DNA of 64,000 nt. It comes from Thermomicrobiales bacterium. Lineage in GTDB: Bacteria; Chloroflexota; Chloroflexia; Thermomicrobiales; UBA6265. The stretch covers positions 27,827 through 91,826 of the forward strand of contig JAHBVL010000003.1 of assembly GCA_019637585.1 (NCBI GenBank), given 5' to 3'. The notes below the pieces were generated by a model. It saw only the letters and a program-made list of their open reading frames with translations. It was not told where the DNA came from and did no database searches. Both the position numbers and the translations under genes were made by a program. Within the stretch, counting starts at the first letter, position 1. Every line of letters starts with the position of its first letter. Shown piece by piece: positions 58,516 to 64,000 of this stretch.

Positions 58516-60258
58516 CTAGGCAACAGCTGGTTGGGCCGCCGCCGGAACCCAGAACGAGAACGTCGACCCCTGGCCGGGCACGCTCGACGCCCAGATCTCC
58601 CCACGGTGCGCCTTGATGATGTGCTTGGAGATCGCCAGCCCGAGCCCCGATCCGTCTGACCGTCGCGATCTGTCCCCTTTGTAGAACCGTTCGAAAATCC
58701 TGGACAGCTCTTCCTCGGGAATCCCGGTGCCAGTGTCGCGGACGTCGACCCGCAACCCGTCCCGCTCCGCCCAGGCGGCAACCACGATCGATCCGCCAAC
58801 CGGGGTGAACTTGACGGCGTTGTGCAGCAGATTGATCAATACCTGCTCGATGCGGGACTGGTCGACGACGACAACCGGAAGGGGTTCCCGGAGTTCGAGC
58901 GTGACCGACAGACCCGCGCGCTCGATCTGCGATCGCAGCCGTTCCACCCCGGCATTGATCGCCTCGCCCGCGTGCACGGGTTTCTTTGTCAGCACCACCC
59001 GCCCCGACTGGAGCCGGGCCAGATCGAGCAGCTCGTCCACCAGCGCCGTCAGCCGATCGACCTCGCGGACGATCTTGCCCAGGAAATCCGTCGCCACCTC
59101 CCGATCGTCGAGCGCTCCCGATTCCAGCGTGTCAGCCAGCGCCCGAATCGATGCCAATGGCGTGCGCAGCTCGTGCGAAACATTTGCCACGAACTCGCGC
59201 CGCACCGATTCCAGCTTGCGCAGCTCGGTCACATCACGCAGCACGACGACGCTGTACGCCTGACTCGCCTGGAGCGGAATCACGGTTGCTTCGATCGACC
59301 GGCCCGATCGCACGTAGTCGATGGGAATCGTCGACGGTTCCAGCTCCGCCCGGACCTCGCGCATCTGGTCGAGCAGGTCGTGATCCCGGATGACGACCGC
59401 AACAGGCATCCCGATCCCGGCTCTTCCCTGATTCCCCAGCAGTTCCCGGGCGTAGGCGTTCTCGGCAATGACGACTTCATCCTCGTCGACGACGATCACC
59501 CCCTCCCGCAGATTCTCGAAGATCAGCTCGAGACGCCGCACCGTGTCTTCCCGGTCGACGGTGAGCTCCGTGACCTGCGCGCCGAGCGCGTTGATCGTCG
59601 CCACCAGATCGCGAATACCACGAGAGCCGCGCTGCATTTCGACGCTCTGGCGCTGCCCTGTCGCCACCGCCAGCGCCTGATCTCTCAACGCGACAAAGGG
59701 CTTCGAAATGCGACTGGCGACCCACCATCCAGCCAATCCATAGATGGGTACGAGAATGAGCATTCCCGCGAGCGCCGTTTTCCACAGCGACCGCGCATTG
59801 CCGCGCAGCGAGTCCGCATCCGTCGCCGCCAGCAGGGTCAAACCCTCATCTCCGGGTATCGTCTCAGTGCTGAACGCCAGTCCATTCTTTTCGACCAGCG
59901 TCCGCCGCAGCTGATCTGAGGAGATCACCGGCGGGAAACCAGCCGGAACCGGGTCATCAGACGGAACCGCTGTGGCAACAACTTCGCCGTTCGGGTCGTA
60001 GACGGCCCAGGAATCACCGAAGAGCTCTGCCAGCGAGGTCAGGGCTGTCTGAAGCTCGGTGGCCGTATCGTCGGCGGCGAGCAGCGTTGCCGCCTGACTG
60101 GTTTGCCGGACGAACGCGTGCTTTCGCTCATGGACGGCGTCATCCCGGCCAGCATCGACCAGCAACCAGGCAAAGGGCAGACTGAGCAGGAGGCACAACA
60201 GGGCGAAGGCCAGCGTCACCTGACCGCGAATCGTGTCTGGCAGCAGTGATCTGATCAT
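58516..60258 (-). CDS. Sensor histidine kinase (TM-HAMP-PAS-HisKA-HATPase_c)
   Basis: H-box SHELRTPL, N box NLLHNAVKFT, G boxes DTGTGI / GLGLAI. Confidence 0.85.
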   Translation of the reverse strand: MIRSLLPDTIRGQVTLAFALLCLLLSLPFAWLLVDAGRDDAVHERKHAFVRQTSQAATLLAADDTATELQTALTSLAELFGDSWAVYDPNGEVVATAVPSDDPVPAGFPPVISSDQLRRTLVEKNGLAFSTETIPGDEGLTLLAATDADSLRGNARSLWKTALAGMLILVPIYGLAGWWVASRISKPFVALRDQALAVATGQRQSVEMQRGSRGIRDLVATINALGAQVTELTVDREDTVRRLELIFENLREGVIVVDEDEVVIAENAYARELLGNQGRAGIGMPVAVVIRDHDLLDQMREVRAELEPSTIPIDYVRSGRSIEATVIPLQASQAYSVVVLRDVTELRKLESVRREFVANVSHELRTPLASIRALADTLESGALDDREVATDFLGKIVREVDRLTALVDELLDLARLQSGRVVLTKKPVHAGEAINAGVERLRSQIERAGLSVTLELREPLPVVVVDQSRIEQVLINLLHNAVKFTPVGGSIVVAAWAERDGLRVDVRDTGTGIPEEELSRIFERFYKGDRSRRSDGSGLGLAISKHIIKAHRGEIWASSVPGQGSTFSFWVPAAAQPAVA

Positions 60259-60280
60259 CTCTCGACCTGCGTGTGCCGGT

Positions 60281-61111
60281 TCAACTCGCGTTCAGACGAT
60301 AGCCATGTCCGCGGACAGTCTCGATGAGGAGCGGCTCGGCTGGAGATCGTTCGAGTTTCTGGCGCAATCCTCGCACGTGGACGTCGACCGTCCGGGTGTC
60401 GACCACGACCGAGTGCTGCCAGACATCCCGCAAGAGCTGTTCTCGCGACACCGCCACATTCGGACGCCGGGCCAGATAATCGAGCAGCTCGAACTCGCGA
60501 TTCTTCAGTTTTGTCTTCTTCCTATCGACGAGCACCGTGCGTGCCGCCTGGTCGATCACGACGCGACCATCATCGAAGGTGAGGACGCGCAGGTCATCGC
60601 TGACTGCTGGCGCCGGTGCGGCCGCTTGTCGGTCGGCTGGCTTCTCCTGCGTCGTGGGAAGACGCCGAAGCTGCGCCCGCACACGCGCCACCAGTTCGCG
60701 CATGACGAATGGTTTGGTCAGGTAGTCGTCGCCGCCGATCTCCAGACCCAAAATCCGGTCGACATCCTCTCCCTTGGCCGAGAGAAAGAGGATTGGCACG
60801 CTGGAATGATGCCGAATCGTGCGGCAGACCTGGATGCCGTCCAGCCCGGGGAGCATCACATCCAGCACAAGCAGATCGGGTTGCTCGGCCCGCTGCATCT
60901 CCACGGCTTCCAATCCGTCGTAGGCGGCAATCACCCGCCATCCCTCCCGGCGGAGGGAGTAGCTGATGGCGTCGACCAGCGCTGGTTCGTCGTCGACGAC
61001 CAGGATCAGCGGCTCGGAGGTGGATTCAGCGGTCTTGGTGGTTTGCGGCATCGGCTCTGGATCGTCCCGTCGACTCAGCTGGCCCATCGAGTGTCGCACA
61101 TCACCAATCAT
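60281..61111 (-). CDS. OmpR-family response regulator (receiver plus winged-helix)
   Basis: LILVVDDEPALVDAI receiver with phospho-acceptor LLVLDVMLPGLDG and C-terminal trans_reg_C (RPNVAVSREQLL...VDVHVRGLRQKLE); start uncertain (61111, 61087 or 61051). Confidence 0.8.
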   Translation of the reverse strand: MIGDVRHSMGQLSRRDDPEPMPQTTKTAESTSEPLILVVDDEPALVDAISYSLRREGWRVIAAYDGLEAVEMQRAEQPDLLVLDVMLPGLDGIQVCRTIRHHSSVPILFLSAKGEDVDRILGLEIGGDDYLTKPFVMRELVARVRAQLRRLPTTQEKPADRQAAAPAPAVSDDLRVLTFDDGRVVIDQAARTVLVDRKKTKLKNREFELLDYLARRPNVAVSREQLLRDVWQHSVVVDTRTVDVHVRGLRQKLERSPAEPLLIETVRGHGYRLNAS

Positions 61112-61131
61112 AGTTGAGCCGACCGCACTCT

Positions 61132-61475
61132 TCGTCATTCCGGCGCCTTTTCTTCGCCATTTCTCCCCCACCCCTTTCGTCATTCCGACCGAAGCGTGTG
61201 TGTACCGGATACATAGGTAACACTTGTGCGGAGAGATGGGTGACACAGCATTTGCCATGCTTGGGATCCGACGAGGGTACCGAGGAGGAATCTCTCGTTC
61301 GGGCCTGGCCACGCCGCAAATCGCCAACCCGGCCTACCCCAACGAGAGGTCCCTCGACCCGGCTCGGGATGATGGTGTGATTGGGGGTGGAGAATCCCTC
61401 ACCCCGGCCCCGCTCCCGACCGCGGGAGAGGGGAGACCGTTTCCATTTCCTATCCCCTATTTCCCATCACCCCAC
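61132..61475. repeat. Repeat-dense divergent intergenic region: degenerate gtcattccga... copies (61132-61208, 61280-61303), the shorter composite C-box/GC-hairpin element (61394-61434) and a tttccat heptamer run (61438-61475)
   Basis: Direct reading; motifs shared with 38277-38655 and 48565-48727. Confidence 0.7.
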
Positions 61476-61553
61476 TGTGGTATAGTCTCCCCTTGCGGGC
61501 ACTCGTGCCCGGTTTTTCATGTGCGTGTTAGCCCAGGTTAGAAGAGTCCAAGT

Positions 61554-61913
61554 ATGAGCGCCAAAAAGCAGGATGCGACTGCCGACGATTCAGCTGGCTC
61601 GCGGTACGCCATTGTGGCAACCGGCGGCAAGCAGTATCGCGTCGGTGTCGGAGATGTCATTACCGTCGAGAAACTCGATGTCGAGGCAGGATCGTCCGTC
61701 ACGCTGGACAACGTTCTGTTGATTGGTGGAGACGGCTCGACAACCGTTGGCGCTCCGCTGGTCGATGGCGCATCGGTTTCCGCTGATGTGGTCGAGAACT
61801 TCCGGGGCGAGAAGATCGTCGTCTTCAAGTACAAGCCAAAGAAGCGATACCGCCGCCGCACTGGTCACCGCCAGGAGCTGACCCGGCTGGCAATCACGGG
61901 CATCAACGCCTGA
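61554..61913 (+). CDS. rplU: 50S ribosomal protein L21 (with about 16-aa N-terminal extension)
   Basis: [24 protein letters not shown] core typical of L21. Confidence 0.85.
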   Translation: MSAKKQDATADDSAGSRYAIVATGGKQYRVGVGDVITVEKLDVEAGSSVTLDNVLLIGGDGSTTVGAPLVDGASVSADVVENFRGEKIVVFKYKPKKRYRRRTGHRQELTRLAITGINA

Positions 61914-61947
61914 TCATCCGGAACTCCGGCAGGAAGGAAACGCGACC

Positions 61948-62271
61948 ATGGCTCATAAAAAAGGCGTCGGCAGCTCCCGAAATGGCCGCGATTCCGCGTC
62001 CCAGCGGCTGGGCGTGAAGCGGTACGACGGGGAATTCGTCCGGTCTGGCACCATCGTGGTCCGGCAGCGTGGCACCCAGTTCTGGGTCGGCAACAACGTC
62101 GGCATCGGCAAAGACCACACCATCTACGCCAAGATCGACGGCGTTGTCTGCTTCGAGCAGATCAGCCGGCAGAAGAAGCGGATTTCGGTCTATCCCGAGG
62201 ATGTCTATCCCGTGGGTGGGCGTTCGAAAGCGACCGGTTCTCCGGCGCTTGCGGCATCAGCTGCGGACTAG
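61948..62271 (+). CDS. rpmA: 50S ribosomal protein L27
   Basis: [17 protein letters not shown]-terminus and conserved core. Confidence 0.9.
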   Translation: MAHKKGVGSSRNGRDSASQRLGVKRYDGEFVRSGTIVVRQRGTQFWVGNNVGIGKDHTIYAKIDGVVCFEQISRQKKRISVYPEDVYPVGGRSKATGSPALAASAAD

Positions 62272-62371
62272 TCCACAACGGACACAAGAAGAACCATCAT
62301 CATGACCGCTGCGGAACAATCGCAGCATTCGGCCAGTCAATAGCTGGCCCTCTCAGGAGTAACAAAAGCCA

Positions 62372-62818
62372 ATGAAGGCTGGAATCCATCCAAACTACAT
62401 CGAATCAACGGTCGTCTGCGCGTGCGGCAGCACGTTTGTCACTCGCTCGACCAAACCCAACCTGCGCACCGACCTGTGCAGCGTCTGCCACCCTTTCTAT
62501 ACCGGTGAGCAGCGCATCGTCGACACCGCGGGTCAGGTCGAGCGGTTCATGAAGAAGATCGAAGCCGCCGGCGGTGAATCGCGGTCCTCGAAGCGCCAGC
62601 AGCGACTGGCCAAGCGCAGTGCCGAGATGGAAGCCGAGCGCGCACGGCAGGCCGAACTCGCTGCTCGCGCCGCCGCCGAGGAAGAAGCGGCTCGCGCCGC
62701 TGCCCGGGCTGCCGCAGCCGAGGAAGAAGCCGCTGCGGGTGCTGACGCCGCCGCCTCCGAAGAAGCCGTTGCAGAGGTTGCGGCCGAAGCAAACGAGCAG
62801 GCCTCCGAAGCCGAGTAA
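62372..62818 (+). CDS. rpmE: 50S ribosomal protein L31 (zinc-ribbon type) with about 80-aa Ala/Glu-rich C-terminal extension
   Basis: MKAGIHPNY...CACGS...[10 protein letters not shown]...RFMKK core; AGGAGT RBS; tail [24 protein letters not shown]... Confidence 0.85.
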   Translation: MKAGIHPNYIESTVVCACGSTFVTRSTKPNLRTDLCSVCHPFYTGEQRIVDTAGQVERFMKKIEAAGGESRSSKRQQRLAKRSAEMEAERARQAELAARAAAEEEAARAAARAAAAEEEAAAGADAAASEEAVAEVAAEANEQASEAE

Positions 62819-62849
62819 CCGGCAAAAAGTACGCAGTTCGTCAAGCAAA

Positions 62850-62880
62850 CGCCCCGGGGCGCCTGTTCGGCCCGGGGCGA
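62850..62880 (+). terminator. GC-rich stem-loop after rpmE (gccccgggg ... cccggggc)
   Basis: Direct reading. Confidence 0.35.
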
Positions 62881-62944
62881 TGCATTTGCCATCGGATGGT
62901 GACGGCGCCACAGGGCTGAGTCACCCTTCATCTTCCTAGTAGTT

Positions 62945-63089
62945 GCAGACCCCCGTGTCTGCCGACTCTCGCGAACACGGCGTCATCCATAGGCTGCGCA
63001 CGGATCGAATCAGTGATCTGGATCTGCTGCCAGCTTCGCTGCAATGAACCCGCGCCGTTTCCCATGGATGGGCAGACACGGGGCTCTGC
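62945..63089. repeat. Second element bounded by the same 18-bp hairpin inverted ends (gcagacccccgtgtctgc ... gcagacacggggctctgc) with a different roughly 110-bp centre
   Basis: Direct reading; ends identical or near-identical to 32857-33010. Confidence 0.8.
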
Positions 63090-63147
63090 GACTACAGAGC
63101 GATCACGGTGTGGGTGCTGGATAGCCAGCGATTCGTCTGATGCGGGT

Positions 63148-63999
63148 CTACTCGCCCACCCGTTCCAGCACCGACCGGGCCATCGCGACACTCGCCGCAT
63201 CGAGCATCTGCCCGTCGAGTTCGACAGCGCCCCGTCCCGCCGCGGCCGCCCGCTCGGTCGCGTTGAGTACGGCCCTGGCCCGCTCGATCTCGCTCGCGGT
63301 TGGCGTGAACGCCAGGTTGACCCCGGCGATCTGGCCGGGGTGGATGCACCATTTGCCATCGTAGCCCAGCGATCTGGACATGAATGCCGACCGCTCCAGT
63401 CCAGCCGGGTCCCTGAAATCGGCGTAGGGTCCATCGATCGCCCAAAGCCCGTTCGCTCTAGCGGCGATGAGGATCCGGCTCAACGGATAGTGCCAGCGAT
63501 GTCCGCCGTACCCTATATCCCAGCGATCCAGAACGCCAATCCCCTCCGCGGGAATGCCAGCCGAGCTGGCGAAATCCCCCGGCCCGAAAATCAGCGACTC
63601 AAGACGCGTACTGGCAGCGGCGATCGATTCACAGTGGGCCAATCCCTTAGCTGACTCGATCTGAGCACCAAGGCGCACAGGGCGCCGGCGTCCGACCGCC
63701 AATTCCACCTGATCGAGCAATCGCGCCGTCGCGATCACATCGCTGGCTTCGTGCACTTTCGGCAGGATGATCGCATCGAGTGCGTCCCCGGTTTGCTCGA
63801 CCAGCTCGATCAAATCCCGGTAGCTCCACGGCGTGTCGAGCGCGTTGATGCGCACGACACGCCGTTTGCTCCCCCACGCCTCGTCCTGCAGCGCCGCGGC
63901 GACGGTCGCTCGCGCTTCCGCCTTCCGCTCCGGCGTCACCGAGTCCTCGAGATCGAGAAAGATCTCGTCGGCACTCGACGCCATCCCCTTGGCGATCAT
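63148..63999 (-). CDS. HpcH/HpaI aldolase / citrate lyase beta-subunit (CitE)-like lyase; the N-terminus probably continues beyond the window end
   Basis: DEIFLDLEDSV metal-binding motif, CitE-like body; the motif sits near the ORF start, so the true start is likely outside the window. Confidence 0.65.
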   Translation of the reverse strand: MIAKGMASSADEIFLDLEDSVTPERKAEARATVAAALQDEAWGSKRRVVRINALDTPWSYRDLIELVEQTGDALDAIILPKVHEASDVIATARLLDQVELAVGRRRPVRLGAQIESAKGLAHCESIAAASTRLESLIFGPGDFASSAGIPAEGIGVLDRWDIGYGGHRWHYPLSRILIAARANGLWAIDGPYADFRDPAGLERSAFMSRSLGYDGKWCIHPGQIAGVNLAFTPTASEIERARAVLNATERAAAAGRGAVELDGQMLDAASVAMARSVLERVGE

Positions 64000-64000
64000 A

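Overview
This is a high-GC (about 65-70%) bacterial chromosomal segment. Gene content suggests a Chloroflexota/Thermomicrobia-like organism, but I cannot confirm that from sequence alone. Most of the window is core housekeeping. From the start: a partial unknown CDS, queG, rpmB, recG, rsmD, coaD, then yceD-rpmF-fabH-fabG-accC-nusB-acpP, tatC, rqcH (NFACT), gmk, def, priA, a PLP-enzyme pair, and a stand-alone molybdenum-hydroxylase maturation cassette (coxD-coxE-split xdhC-mocA). These are followed by a sugar ABC transporter, an aldehyde dehydrogenase, tRNA-Leu(CAA), a flotillin-like protein, agmatinase, acetoacetyl-CoA synthetase, dppA peptidase, a CrtI-like oxidoreductase, trpS, MFS transporters, an IS110 element, two sensor kinases and a response regulator, a peptide ABC transporter without ATPase genes, rplU-rpmA, rpmE and a partial citE-like lyase. 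I saw no CRISPR array and no recognisable defence or toxin system. The unusual content is intergenic. There are several families of tandem heptanucleotide-repeat arrays arranged as inverted pairs that would fold into long hairpins. There is a composite GC-hairpin plus heptamer element in three copies, a 128-bp palindromic unit triplicated in tandem with dispersed relatives, and two variable elements bounded by identical 18-bp hairpin-forming inverted ends. The IS110 copy sits inside a heptamer array. All calls rest on reading the sequence and on recalled family signatures; I ran no database searches.
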